48,689 nt of DNA from a virus. The stretch lies in the IMG/VR virus record IMGVR_UViG_3300045988_074363; one strand, written 5' to 3'. The notes under the pieces are model-generated. The model made no database searches. It saw nothing but the letters and a program-made list of their open reading frames with translations, and was not told the origin of the DNA. Positions 15,102 to 24,682 of this stretch are shown here, piece after piece (the first letter of the stretch is position 1; every line of letters starts with the position of its first letter). The translations under genes were made by a program, and so were the position numbers.

Positions 15102-18100
15102 TCAGTAGGCCGTCCGCGCCTTTCGGCGCATCATTTGTTCGTACCAAAGTTCAAATCGCTGCTGCGCGTCGTCCAAAACGCTTTCCAGTACAGCCCGGTC
15201 AGCGTTTCCCTGCACGACGATATGCGGCGCAAATACAACCTGCCCGCCGCCGTCCGGGGTTCCGCTGCCGCCCTGTTCCGGCTGCGGCTTGCCGGTGTCG
15301 ATCTCTTGCAGCTCCACAGCGTTGTTGCCCTGCGTTGCCTCAATCGTCGCCAGCTCTACCGCACCGCCGCCGTCGGCATACGGTACACCTGCCGCCACGG
15401 CGGCCTGCTCTCCGCTTACCCCCAGCATACGGCCCGCCTGCGTCCAAGTGTTGATGTTGTCGCTGCGTACTCCGCGCTGGAAGCTGATTACCGCCTCGGT
15501 TCCGGCTTCACCGGCGATAGAAACACCGTCCGTAAAGCCGCCCTTTGCCAGCATGGGCAAGGCGGGGATATTGATAGAAAAGCTCTGGCCGCCAAGTATG
15601 GGCACCCATTTCGGGATAGTCAGGCCCAAACCGTTAATGCCGGAAATCGCCTTGTTGATGATCGCAATAACGGCGTTCAACGGCGCTTTGCACAGCGCCA
15701 CCAGTCCGTCGAAAGCAGAACCGAAAATCTGCTTGATTCCCTCCCACGCTTGGCTCCAACTGCCGGAGAACACCCCGGTAATAAAAGTAATCAAGCCTTG
15801 GAAGAAACCTTGAATCGCACTCATAACTGCGCTGATTCCTGCGCTGAACGCTTCAAACCCGGCCAGCAGTGCGGGCACAACCACGCTGCCAATGGTCATA
15901 ATCACGGTAATAATGCCCTGTATGATCGGCATTGCCGCCTGAATGGCGCTGCCAATGATCTGCATACCCGTCATAACCGCACTGCCAATATTGGAAATTA
16001 TGCTGGCTATCGTCGGCGCTGCCGCCGTAAAGGTCTGCAAAATAATGGGCAGCACCGTACCCGTGATAAAGGTAAATACATCCTGTATGATCGGCTTGAC
16101 CGTGCCCGTCGCAAAGGTCACGATCTGCCCAACCACACCCATGATGGATTGCAGGATAGTCACCACGCCGCCAAAGGCCGCGCCTGCGTTCTCGCCAAAC
16201 AGGTTTGTGATCGTGTTCTGCAAGGGGGCCAGCGCAGCGGCCACGCCTCCCTCGCTGAAAAGCCCCGTCACAAAGTCGGCCACGCCTTGCAGCTTGCCGG
16301 TGAACACATCAAATACCTGCCCACCGGTTTCACCAAACACATTCACGACTATGCCGCGTATGTCCTCCAAGTGGTCGCCCAAAATGCTTACCACGGCAAT
16401 AATGCCGCTGATCGCAGCAATTACCGGGGCTGCCCCGGCAAACAGGCTGCCAAAGCCTCCTGCTACCGGCCCCCAAACGCTGCCCAGCAGTCCGGCCCCG
16501 GCTCCGGCAAAGTTGCCCAGCGCACCCAAGGCGTTAGAGCCAACGCTCACCACGCCCTTTGCCACGCCGCCAACCTTGCCCGCCGCGCCGCCGATTGCCT
16601 GCCCCACGCCGCTGTTCGCTACGGTGGAGATCACATTCCCGGCTTTTCCGGCCACCCAGCCAGCACCGTTCTGTGCAAGCCCCTTGGCACCGCTCACAAG
16701 GTTGGTCAGGCCCAAGCCCTCCGGCCCTGCAATGCCCGCAAGGATTTCTTTGCTCACACCAATGGTGCCCTTGCCGAAACCTGCGATCTTGCTGCCGATG
16801 GTGGTATTCGCCACATTCCCGGCTGCCGCGCGGATTCCGCCAAAATACTGCCCTATGGGGCTGCCCGTCACAGCGTTCTTTGCCATACCCAGCAGTCCGC
16901 CGCCTTGCTTTGCGTCGGTGATCTGCCCGGCCACGCCCATAAGGCCCTGCATAAACTTGTAGTCGGTTCCCTTTTGGTTGGTCAGCGTTCCACGGTTTTT
17001 AATGCCAAAGTAAGCACCAATGGCGCTGTTCTCCAACCGCTGCATAAAGCTGCCGCTCCCGTTGCTGGTAACGGCTCCCCACTGCGTCCGTGTCATGTTG
17101 GAGTTTGCCATTGTCGCGCCAACGCCTGCGGCCTCGGCCACATTGCTGATTGTGCCAACGGCATTGCCTGCAAACTTCTGTCCGCCGGTGAACAAACTGC
17201 CCACCGCGCCCAGCAGGCCGCCGCTTCTCTCGCTGCCGCCCGCCGCCACGCCAAGCCCGCCGCTCTCACCAAACAGCAGGCTCCCGGCTCCCTCCAAAAG
17301 ATTCCCGGCCAGCGGCGCAAACTTCATGGCCGCAAAGGTTCCGGCCATCCCGCCAAGGATTCCGGCCACCTGCGGCCCGTTGTCTGCTACATAGTCCAGC
17401 GCCTTTTGCACATAGGGCAGGGCTGCTTGCAGTGCGTCGCCCAGCTTGGAAATACCGGCGCTCAACAGGTCAGCCAGCGTTCCGGCCAGCGTTTGCAGCT
17501 GCGGCATATCCTTACGCACACCGTTCATGAGGTCGATCACAGCCAGCGACAAGGTTTTCTTCACGGGCAAAAACTCCGTGCCAATGTCCTGCTTTAGCGC
17601 TGTCACGGAGTTTTTCACCATCGTGTCAATGCTTTCGCTGGTGCTGGCCTGAATAATAAACTCCCGCTCCATACTTCCGGTGTACAGGCTTGGGTCGCTC
17701 ACCATTGCAAGCGCCTTTTCGTAAGCGCCTAAATTGTTGGTGATCTTTGCGCCGCCCTCAATGGCCCACTGCCCAAACAGGGTGCTAAGTGCAGCAACCT
17801 TGCGTTCGTCCGGCATATCCTGCAAGGCGGTAAAAACTTCCCGCAGGGTGCCCACGCCGTCGGTCTGCATACTCTTGGCTATGCCCTCGGCAGTAAAGCC
17901 CAGCTCCTCCCACATTTCCTTTTGGGCCTTGGTAGCGTTGCTGCCCTTGCTCAAATTGGTGTAAATGCGGGAAATGCTCGTGCCTACCCGGTCAGTGGAA
18001 ACGCCGGTAGCCTGCATGGCCGTTGCCATGGCGGCAGTAGCCGCCGGGTCAACGCCTGCAATCTGGCCCATCGACGCCGCGCTGTTCACGCTCAGTGCAA

Positions 18101-18719
18101 TTTCCGCCGCCGTCGTCGCGTTGTGTGCGCCAAGGTAGTTGATCTGATCCATCAACTCCATAACCTGTTTGTGGTCAAAATTGAAGCTGGCCTCCCACTT
18201 TGCCACATAGTTACCGGCGGTTTGGTCGTCCAAGTCCATTGCCGTTGCGCTCACAGCAGTATCACGCAGATACCCCGTTGTTAGCTGCTTGTCTACCCCA
18301 ATGCCCGATTGTCCCAGCGCGGCGCTCATGGCCGTTAGCTGGTCGGTGGTTCGCGGTATCTCGGTACTAAGGTCTTGAATGTAGGTTTTCAGTGCGCCGT
18401 AGTTCTGCTTAAAGGTCTTGCCGTTGTCGGCAATCGCGTCACTCACCGCACCGCTGGCGTCCGCCAAGCCGTCCACATAGCGCACCACGGGGGCCATAGC
18501 GCTTTCAAGCGCCTGTGCCTCCTTGGTGCAGTCCGCAATGCCCACCGCTGCGGCCGTGGCAACCGCGCCCATAGTGGCAAGGCCGACGGTGCCAATGTTG
18601 CTTATGCTCTTGGTTAAACTGCCAATTTTGCTTTGTGTACCGTTGATTGCCGCCGTCAGGCTTTTGTCCATCCGGCCCGCAATCTTGATACTAAGCTCTA
18701 ATGTTTTGCTCGTCGCCAT
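15102..18719 (-). CDS. Tail tape measure protein
   Basis: 1205 aa. Helical N-terminal third, then long Gly/Ala-rich hydrophobic repeats. Lies immediately downstream of the chaperone frameshift pair. Confidence 0.9.
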   Translation of the reverse strand: MATSKTLELSIKIAGRMDKSLTAAINGTQSKIGSLTKSISNIGTVGLATMGAVATAAAVGIADCTKEAQALESAMAPVVRYVDGLADASGAVSDAIADNGKTFKQNYGALKTYIQDLSTEIPRTTDQLTAMSAALGQSGIGVDKQLTTGYLRDTAVSATAMDLDDQTAGNYVAKWEASFNFDHKQVMELMDQINYLGAHNATTAAEIALSVNSAASMGQIAGVDPAATAAMATAMQATGVSTDRVGTSISRIYTNLSKGSNATKAQKEMWEELGFTAEGIAKSMQTDGVGTLREVFTALQDMPDERKVAALSTLFGQWAIEGGAKITNNLGAYEKALAMVSDPSLYTGSMEREFIIQASTSESIDTMVKNSVTALKQDIGTEFLPVKKTLSLAVIDLMNGVRKDMPQLQTLAGTLADLLSAGISKLGDALQAALPYVQKALDYVADNGPQVAGILGGMAGTFAAMKFAPLAGNLLEGAGSLLFGESGGLGVAAGGSERSGGLLGAVGSLFTGGQKFAGNAVGTISNVAEAAGVGATMANSNMTRTQWGAVTSNGSGSFMQRLENSAIGAYFGIKNRGTLTNQKGTDYKFMQGLMGVAGQITDAKQGGGLLGMAKNAVTGSPIGQYFGGIRAAAGNVANTTIGSKIAGFGKGTIGVSKEILAGIAGPEGLGLTNLVSGAKGLAQNGAGWVAGKAGNVISTVANSGVGQAIGGAAGKVGGVAKGVVSVGSNALGALGNFAGAGAGLLGSVWGPVAGGFGSLFAGAAPVIAAISGIIAVVSILGDHLEDIRGIVVNVFGETGGQVFDVFTGKLQGVADFVTGLFSEGGVAAALAPLQNTITNLFGENAGAAFGGVVTILQSIMGVVGQIVTFATGTVKPIIQDVFTFITGTVLPIILQTFTAAAPTIASIISNIGSAVMTGMQIIGSAIQAAMPIIQGIITVIMTIGSVVVPALLAGFEAFSAGISAVMSAIQGFFQGLITFITGVFSGSWSQAWEGIKQIFGSAFDGLVALCKAPLNAVIAIINKAISGINGLGLTIPKWVPILGGQSFSINIPALPMLAKGGFTDGVSIAGEAGTEAVISFQRGVRSDNINTWTQAGRMLGVSGEQAAVAAGVPYADGGGAVELATIEATQGNNAVELQEIDTGKPQPEQGGSGTPDGGGQVVFAPHIVVQGNADRAVLESVLDDAQQRFELWYEQMMRRKARTAY

Positions 18720-18862
18720 TCCTCCGCCACCTCGTCGTTCAGCTTGGCGAACTCACGGGTCGGCAAATTCAGGTAAAAATCAACGCCTGTCCGCGTCACA
18801 GCGGCAAGGCGTATGGCGGCCTTGCGTAATGCTTTCGCACCGCCCTTTACTCGAAAAAACCC
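18698..18862 (-). CDS. -1 frame extension of the tail assembly chaperone (analogue of P2 E+E-prime / lambda GT)
   Basis: From the slippery site, the -1 frame is open for 54 codons (GFFRVKGGAKALRKAAIRLAAVTRTGVDFYLNLPTREFAKLNDEVAEEWRRAKH). It fills the otherwise non-coding 127-bp gap and ends 22 nt inside the tape measure gene. Confidence 0.7.
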   Translation of the reverse strand, partial: GFFRVKGGAKALRKAAIRLAAVTRTGVDFYLNLPTREFAKLNDEVAEEWRRAKH

Positions 18863-19503
18863 GCGTCGTTCACGGCGTTTTTAATTTTCAGCACTTCGTA
18901 CAGCGGCAGCCCGGTAAAGAACTCCTCCGGCAAGCCCGTTGCCATTCCGGCAAGGATACAGGCGTACAGGTAGTTGTAGCTGGTGTCCGTCACCATAAAG
19001 CCCGCGCGGGTCAGGCGGTTTTCCGCCGCGCTCTCGTTCAGGCTGTTCAGGTCGGCAACGCCGTTCAGGTCAATCTCCGTGTACTGCTTGCCCTCAAAGT
19101 AGTAGGGCTTTCCCAGCCGCATAATGTGGTTCTCGGTGTTGCTGTCCACATTCATGTACCCCATCACCATGCCGTAGATTCTGCGGGAAACGCTGCGCGG
19201 TGCCAACTTGAAAAACTCAATCGGCAGGCCGGTGGCCTTGGCAGCCAAAATGCGCACAAAGGCGGTGGTGGTTTCGCACAGCAGCATGGCGGCAGGCTCC
19301 CGCTCGTTGAAAAGCTGCCGCTGCGCGTTGATCGCGTCCTGCACGGTCAGCTTGTCCAGCCCGGCAAGGTCGATCTCTGCATACTCCTTGCCCTCAAAAA
19401 CATAAGGGTGGTTCAGCTTCAAAAGGTACTGGCTTTCGGTCTTGGGTGCCGCCGCCTCGGTTTTCTCCTCGGTTGCCACGGTCATATTCTTTTCTTCTGC
19501 CAT
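18847..19503 (-). CDS. Tail assembly chaperone (internally duplicated)
   Basis: 218 aa with two homologous halves (LNHPYVFEGKEYAEIDLAGLDKL... and LGKPYYFEGKQYTEIDLNGVADL...). Located between the tube and tape measure genes. Confidence 0.8.
   Translation of the reverse strand: MAEEKNMTVATEEKTEAAAPKTESQYLLKLNHPYVFEGKEYAEIDLAGLDKLTVQDAINAQRQLFNEREPAAMLLCETTTAFVRILAAKATGLPIEFFKLAPRSVSRRIYGMVMGYMNVDSNTENHIMRLGKPYYFEGKQYTEIDLNGVADLNSLNESAAENRLTRAGFMVTDTSYNYLYACILAGMATGLPEEFFTGLPLYEVLKIKNAVNDAGFFE
18856..18862 (-). promoter_or_regulatory. Programmed -1 ribosomal frameshift slippery heptamer G_GGT_TTT
   Basis: The minus strand reads gcG GGT TTT TTC GAG TAA. This is an X_XXY_YYZ heptamer in the zero frame, 3 codons before the chaperone stop. 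Confidence 0.7.
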
Positions 19504-19539
19504 AATGTACAGCTCCTTTTCAGTGTGTCAGTGTTTCTC

Positions 19540-19583
19540 AAAAATAAAAGCATACCCGCCTCCGGCTCATTCCGGGGGCGGGT
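19540..19583 (-). terminator. Rho-independent terminator/attenuator after the tube gene
   Basis: A 12-bp stem acccgcctccgg / ccgggggcgggt with one mismatch, followed on the minus strand by atgcTTTTATTTTT. Confidence 0.7.
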
Positions 19584-19606
19584 TCATGCTCTTGGGTTTG
19601 TCCGGG

Positions 19607-20131
19607 TTAGATCAGGCTGCGCACCTTTGCCAGCATATCCACGCCCTTGACCTTGTAAACGCCGTTCAACTTGTCGATCTCGATAAGCTGCTCACCGTCA
19701 ACCTCGATCATAATATAGGTCAGTTCCAGCGTAACGGTGGCCTCCATGCCCTCGCTTTTCTCAATCTTGCCGGGCTTGAACTTCTTCACGCGGCCCATCT
19801 CGACCACGCGCAGGCCCTTAAAGTCATAGCCGCCGGTCTTGTCGTACACCTGCTGCGCTGCGCGGAAAGTCAGGTTTACCACGGTCAGGGGGTTCAGCAT
19901 ATCAACCGCGCTGGAATACAGCGTGTTAAACTGCACCTCCTGTTCAAAGCTCTCCCACTGTCCGATGGTGGGGGAATCGATCTCGCCGCCAACGCCAAAG
20001 CCCTCCACGGTGCCGGTTTTCATGTTCACTTCCGGCAGGTCAACGCTGGCGGCAACGCCGATCATCCGCGTGCCGTCAAGGTAGGCGTTCGCGTCGTTGA
20101 TTTTTTCCGGGATATAGTTGTTGCTAATCAT
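19607..20131 (-). CDS. Major tail tube protein (P2 FII-like)
   Basis: 174 aa. IPEKINDANAYLDG...GVAASVDLPEVNMKT...FGVGGEIDSPTIGQ is typical of the Phage_tube family. Follows the sheath gene. Confidence 0.9.
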   Translation of the reverse strand: MISNNYIPEKINDANAYLDGTRMIGVAASVDLPEVNMKTGTVEGFGVGGEIDSPTIGQWESFEQEVQFNTLYSSAVDMLNPLTVVNLTFRAAQQVYDKTGGYDFKGLRVVEMGRVKKFKPGKIEKSEGMEATVTLELTYIMIEVDGEQLIEIDKLNGVYKVKGVDMLAKVRSLI

Positions 20132-20149
20132 AGCTCTGTACCTCCTTTA

Positions 20150-21601
20150 TCAGCTCAAAGCCGTGGTCAGTGCGTCCGGGTCAAACTCGATAACATCCTC
20201 GATGTCCTCCGCCGGGGTGTAGGGGGTGATGTACTGGTGGAAAGTGATCTTGCCGTCCAGCAGGTCGGCGGTGGTGTTCTCCGCCTCGTCGTAGATCACC
20301 TCATAGCGGGCGCACACACCACGGGCCACAAAGCCGTTGCCGCGCACATTCTCGCTGTCCACAATGGCCTCGATCAGCCGCTTGTTGGCGGGGCTGTCCA
20401 CCTTGGAAAAGTAGGTCAGGATGAAACTGTTCGCCGCCCAAGAAAGGAAGCGCCGTACACTGAACCATCTGTCTTTCGGGTCGGTGGTGCCGGGGTATGC
20501 GGCGGTGTTGTTGCCCCACAGGCGGAAACCGCTCATGTTCAGGAAAGTGGCAACGCCAAAGCCGTTCACGGTGTTGGCCTGTTCTTGGTCAAGCACAACC
20601 TCGGTGCCGTCAGCAAGGCAGGCGGCGCTGATCGCCAGCGTCTTGTTGGACGGGCTTACATTCGGGGTATCGGCGTTCACCGCGTCAGTGTAGGCAGTCA
20701 GGGCGGCGGCAAGGGCGCTGCCGCTGTAAACCACTTCGCCCACCTTGGCGCAGGGCCACACAGCGTAAGCGTTCGCGTCGCTCACAGCCTGCGCCTCCTT
20801 GCGCTGCTTCACATCGGTGTATTTGGTAGCACCGCTCTCGGTGCTGTCAATGTCCACAATGCACACAGCCTTGAACACGCCGTTGATCTCCTTGGTCTTG
20901 GCCTGCAAAGCAGCGGCCACGGTGGCGTCCATGCTAAAGCGCGGTGCCAGCAGAATCCCCGGCGTCATGGACAGCTTGGGGTAAATCTGCCGCACCACCT
21001 CAAGGCCGGTTTCCTTGCCCGTGGCCGCGTCCACGCCGCCCACAATGTCGGCGGCCTTAACCTTGCTGGGGTCAAGTTTCTTGCCGGTCACGGTCAGGGT
21101 GGTGGCACTGGCTGCCTTTCCGCCCGCCAGCGGCACAATGTTCAGGGTGCCATCGTTGTTAAAACTGGCCGTGTAGTCGGTGTCACGGGTCAGGGCAGTG
21201 CTGCCGCTTTTCACGGTCAGCTTGTCCAGCAGCACACCTACCGCATCCAGCACGGCAACACCGCTGTTCACCTGCACGGTGGTTTCGGCAATGTCCGCCG
21301 TATGCTTAGCAGGGTCAAGCACATTGATAAGCACCAGCGGGCCGGTGCCAACCACACTGAACGCCGCGCTGATACTCTCGCACAAGGTATAGGCGGCAAA
21401 GTCGTCATGGTAGCCAACGGCGGCCACGGCCTCCTTGTAGTTGTACACCAGCAGCGGGGTATTCACAGCCTGCTCCGGGTGTTCCAGCATATTCACGGGC
21501 GCGGTGCCCACAACCACCTGCAAACCGGCGGTGCCGGTCACGGGGGCGGTCATACTGGTGGCCTGTTCGCTGGTGTATACGCCATGTTTGTATGTAGCCA
21601 T
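20150..21601 (-). CDS. Contractile tail sheath protein
   Basis: 483 aa. N-terminus MATYKHGVYTSEQATS...APV and a C-terminal sheath domain (RWFSVRRFLSWAANS). Confidence 0.9.
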   Translation of the reverse strand: MATYKHGVYTSEQATSMTAPVTGTAGLQVVVGTAPVNMLEHPEQAVNTPLLVYNYKEAVAAVGYHDDFAAYTLCESISAAFSVVGTGPLVLINVLDPAKHTADIAETTVQVNSGVAVLDAVGVLLDKLTVKSGSTALTRDTDYTASFNNDGTLNIVPLAGGKAASATTLTVTGKKLDPSKVKAADIVGGVDAATGKETGLEVVRQIYPKLSMTPGILLAPRFSMDATVAAALQAKTKEINGVFKAVCIVDIDSTESGATKYTDVKQRKEAQAVSDANAYAVWPCAKVGEVVYSGSALAAALTAYTDAVNADTPNVSPSNKTLAISAACLADGTEVVLDQEQANTVNGFGVATFLNMSGFRLWGNNTAAYPGTTDPKDRWFSVRRFLSWAANSFILTYFSKVDSPANKRLIEAIVDSENVRGNGFVARGVCARYEVIYDEAENTTADLLDGKITFHQYITPYTPAEDIEDVIEFDPDALTTALS

Positions 21602-21616
21602 ATCGGTTGTTCCTCC

Positions 21617-21925
21617 TTACAGTTCGTTTTTGATCTTGTTGTACAAAATGCTTTCCGCCGTGCCTGCCGTTTCCAGCGCCTTGCGCGTCTGTGCAAAGCG
21701 TTCCACCGGCACAAGCAGGTTCTTGGCCGCCGGGTGCTGCTTCACAAACTCATCCAGCGCCGCCGGGGTGTTGCCGCTGGCGTACACGGTGTACTGCCGT
21801 GCCACGCCGCGCACGCTCGGCCCGCAGTAAACGCACGGGGTCTTGTGTTCGGTCTTTGCTTCGGTTTCCCCGGTGATCTCCGGGGTGGTGGCCGCCTCGG
21901 CGGCCTGCTCCTGTTTCTTGGTCAT
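21617..21925 (-). CDS. Hypothetical protein (102 aa)
   Basis: ATG at 21925. In the operon between the head-tail genes and the sheath gene. Confidence 0.7.
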   Translation of the reverse strand: MTKKQEQAAEAATTPEITGETEAKTEHKTPCVYCGPSVRGVARQYTVYASGNTPAALDEFVKQHPAAKNLLVPVERFAQTRKALETAGTAESILYNKIKNEL

Positions 21926-22449
21926 AGGTACTCCTTTAACTGTTCATCCTGCGTCATGGCAGGTGCCGTGCAGGTCAGGGTACACGCTCCAAAGTAATAG
22001 GGGTGCGTGTCGTCCTCCTGCAAGGCCCAAGTGATCGGCTTCAAAACGGTAAACGCGCCGCCAAAGTAGGGAGCCTTGCATACTCGCTGGATAATGTCCT
22101 CTTTGATGTTCGCCACATCCTGCCAGCCCTCACGGTCAAGGCCGGTGTCATAGGCGCACACGATCAGGCTAAAGTCCACGGTCTGCGGGCTGTCGTCGTC
22201 CTCAATCTGTCCGCCGGTCATCCGCACCACAATGTAGGGTGCCTCGGCCTTGTCTGTGTCCACATCGGCATCATCACTCTGCGGTATGGGCAAGTCCTGC
22301 TTGTAGATTTTCAGTGCCTTGCGCCCCTCTTGGCCGCAAAACAGCTTACCCGCAAACAGTTCTTTCAGCATTTCGATCAGCGCGTCTTGGCAAAGCTGCG
22401 GGGTGCGGCCAATGTCCGCCCTCGCTGCCGTTGTTGGGTGATTTCTCAT
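21922..22449 (-). CDS. Hypothetical virion protein (tail completion/terminator candidate by position)
   Basis: 175 aa, ATG at 22449. The function is inferred from position only. Confidence 0.65.
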   Translation of the reverse strand: MRNHPTTAARADIGRTPQLCQDALIEMLKELFAGKLFCGQEGRKALKIYKQDLPIPQSDDADVDTDKAEAPYIVVRMTGGQIEDDDSPQTVDFSLIVCAYDTGLDREGWQDVANIKEDIIQRVCKAPYFGGAFTVLKPITWALQEDDTHPYYFGACTLTCTAPAMTQDEQLKEYL

Positions 22450-22455
22450 GGTGGC

Positions 22456-23151
22456 TCACTTCTTTCCGGCTCTCGCCAATACTCGCTCAACCTGTGCCTG
22501 CAACCGTTCTTGCAGGTATTCTTCCACGCTCGGCTCAACCTCCGGCCAAATGGTGTGGTGCATGGCGGTGGCGCTGGGGCTGCCCATCGTCACCAGCTTT
22601 TCCACATTGCCCTTGGCGTTCGTCCAGCGCTTGTACCCCTTGGCGGTGCGCGTATGGCTCGACTTGGAACCAATGCGCCGCTGCACCATACCCACATGGC
22701 CGCTGCTGAACTTCACCAAAAAGCCCTTGCTCATGCCGCCCGCGCCGGGCAGCGTTTTCATGCCGCTGGATTTTAATACCTTGGCTTTCCAAACGCTCGG
22801 CCCGTCCTTAAAGTCCATGCCGGTAAAGTGCGTCGGCACCGCTGGGCTGGTCTTAAAATAGCCAAGGTCGTTGCGCATTTTGGCTATGTGCAGCTCCGCC
22901 AGCAAGCTGCTGTTGCTGGCTTTCTTGCGCTGCACAAGGTCTTTCAGGTGCCGTCTGCCTGCGGCGTTCACGGCATAACGGGTCTTTGCTTTGGCAACCA
23001 TCAGCTTTCGCGCCTGCCGGGCCGTGGCGTTGATCGCCACCTTGGCCGCCGCCGGGGTCTTGCGCTTCAAGTCGCCAAGCGCCTGCTCTACCGTGTCCAG
23101 CCCCGCAACGGTAATGGTCAGGTTTCCGGCGCTGTAAGTTACATTGCTCAC
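22456..23151 (-). CDS. HK97 gp10-like head-tail joining protein
   Basis: GTG at 23151 (GTGA overlap); the ORF track extends to 23202. The N-terminal region (LDTVEQALGDLKRKTPAAAKVAINATARQARKLM) resembles the gp10 family. Confidence 0.6.
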   Translation of the reverse strand: MSNVTYSAGNLTITVAGLDTVEQALGDLKRKTPAAAKVAINATARQARKLMVAKAKTRYAVNAAGRRHLKDLVQRKKASNSSLLAELHIAKMRNDLGYFKTSPAVPTHFTGMDFKDGPSVWKAKVLKSSGMKTLPGAGGMSKGFLVKFSSGHVGMVQRRIGSKSSHTRTAKGYKRWTNAKGNVEKLVTMGSPSATAMHHTIWPEVEPSVEEYLQERLQAQVERVLARAGKK

Positions 23152-23561
23152 TGCCGTGTCCTTTCCATCGTCATGCGGTACACGCCGCTTTCCTCTTGGC
23201 AAAGGTTGATAGTAAAAGTACGCTGGCTCTTGGTTCCCTTGTCAAGCACCAACTGCTTGCCAATCTTCGGCTTCGGCCCGTAGTCCTCCACCCGGATATA
23301 CAGGATGGTGTGCGCCGTGTATAGGCCGGTATCAAAGTTCTGCTTTGCCCCGGCCTCCCAGTGCGCCGAATGCTCGCGCAAATCGTCGTCCTCTAAGACG
23401 ATCAGCACATCTTTACCGTCAACGGTGTGGCGGTCCGCGTGTTCGTTCTCCTCAAAAAAGGCCGCGTCAATATCCGCCGCCACGCAGTCCTTGAATGTGG
23501 GCGGTGCCCACGGTGCTGCCGCCCCGCTCCCGGTGTCCTGCTTTAACTCAAACAGTGCCAC
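23148..23561 (-). CDS. Hypothetical head-tail connector-region protein
   Basis: 137 aa ORF directly after the capsid gene. No motif recognised. Confidence 0.7.
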   Translation of the reverse strand: MALFELKQDTGSGAAAPWAPPTFKDCVAADIDAAFFEENEHADRHTVDGKDVLIVLEDDDLREHSAHWEAGAKQNFDTGLYTAHTILYIRVEDYGPKPKIGKQLVLDKGTKSQRTFTINLCQEESGVYRMTMERTRQ

Positions 23562-23614
23562 GCTCTCACCTCCACAGTAAAAAGCCCCCGCCCGTCACCG
23601 GGCAGGGGTACATA

Positions 23615-24667
23615 TCAGCAAACGGTGGCAACAAACCAGCTATCCACCTTGTCGGGAATGGGCAGCGGGTGGGCCTGCAATTCCAGCATACGGCGGTCAG
23701 GCTGGTGCTTGATAAAGCTGCGCAGCAGGCGGTTGGTCTGTGCCGTAACCCACTGCTGGGTGCTGTCCTCAATGTAGGTGCAGGCACCGTAGGCCATCAT
23801 GTAGTCGGGGTGGCTGGCGATCAGCACGACCTTGTTCTCCGGCACAAGGGGCTTGGTTTCCGGGGCTTCGGGGTTCGTCCAATCGTCCAAGTACACCTCG
23901 GCGTAGGTGTAAATGTCGATGTTGGGGCTGTTCAGGTGGCCCACATACTTCACACCGTTGGGCAGGTCGCGCGGGTGGATAAGGCCCATTTCCACGCGGC
24001 GGTTGTCCAGCATTTTGCTGATCTTCTCGTCCGCCAAAAAATTGCGCAGCGCGGTTTTGCCCATGATCGCCATGTCCACATTGGCAAAGCCGTTGGTCAG
24101 CACCTTGTCGGCCCAGTCCTCCAAGTTGTCGGTGATCTTGGCGGCGCTCTTGCCCCACTGGGCGGTGCCGGTCAGGGTTTCGGTATTGGTAAAGCCAAAG
24201 TCGATAATCTCATTCACGCCCTCGCCAACAATGGGAATCTGCCCGGTCACAATGGCCTGCACGGCCATCCACTCCTCACGGCGGGTGGTGGCGTCGTTCA
24301 GGCGGCTGTACTCCTCCATCAACTGCTGTGCGCTGCGCTGTGCGGGGGTCATGCCGCTGTACAGATCTTCGCCGGGCATACGGGTCATGTAGCGGTCAGC
24401 GGTGGAAACATCATAGGGGTTCACCAGCGGGGGTGCGTAGTTCTCGGTCTTGTAGCCGCTGGCTTTCAGCACCTTGCCGCCAATGCGCGGGTGGACAAAG
24501 GCCGCCATGCGGCGATCACCTTTCACAAGGTCAATGTCCACGCGCTCCGTGGTAAAGTTCTTCACATTGGTAAAGAAAGTGTCACGGAAAAAGGTATGCA
24601 CAGGCGGTGCCTGTCTCACTACCTCCGCAAGGTAGCGCGGGGTATAAATATTTACTTCGTTTGCCAT
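23615..24667 (-). CDS. Major capsid protein, lambda gpE family
   Basis: 350 aa. IYTPRYLAEVVRQAPPVHTFFRDTFF...VDIDLVKGDRRMAAFVHP is characteristic of the Phage_cap_E family. Confidence 0.9.
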   Translation of the reverse strand: MANEVNIYTPRYLAEVVRQAPPVHTFFRDTFFTNVKNFTTERVDIDLVKGDRRMAAFVHPRIGGKVLKASGYKTENYAPPLVNPYDVSTADRYMTRMPGEDLYSGMTPAQRSAQQLMEEYSRLNDATTRREEWMAVQAIVTGQIPIVGEGVNEIIDFGFTNTETLTGTAQWGKSAAKITDNLEDWADKVLTNGFANVDMAIMGKTALRNFLADEKISKMLDNRRVEMGLIHPRDLPNGVKYVGHLNSPNIDIYTYAEVYLDDWTNPEAPETKPLVPENKVVLIASHPDYMMAYGACTYIEDSTQQWVTAQTNRLLRSFIKHQPDRRMLELQAHPLPIPDKVDSWFVATVC

Positions 24668-24682
24668 GTTGGTTGCTCCTCC

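Noticed and set aside
14943-17597. Very long plus-strand ORFs antisense to structural genes. Examples are 14943-17597 (884 aa), 19442-21997 (851 aa), 6508-8481 (657 aa), 23495-25225 (576 aa) and 39713-41167 (484 aa).
   Set aside because: Their composition is Arg/Ala/Gly/His-rich and low in complexity. They lack an RBS and fully overlap minus-strand genes that have clear family motifs. They are typical shadow ORFs of GC-rich DNA.
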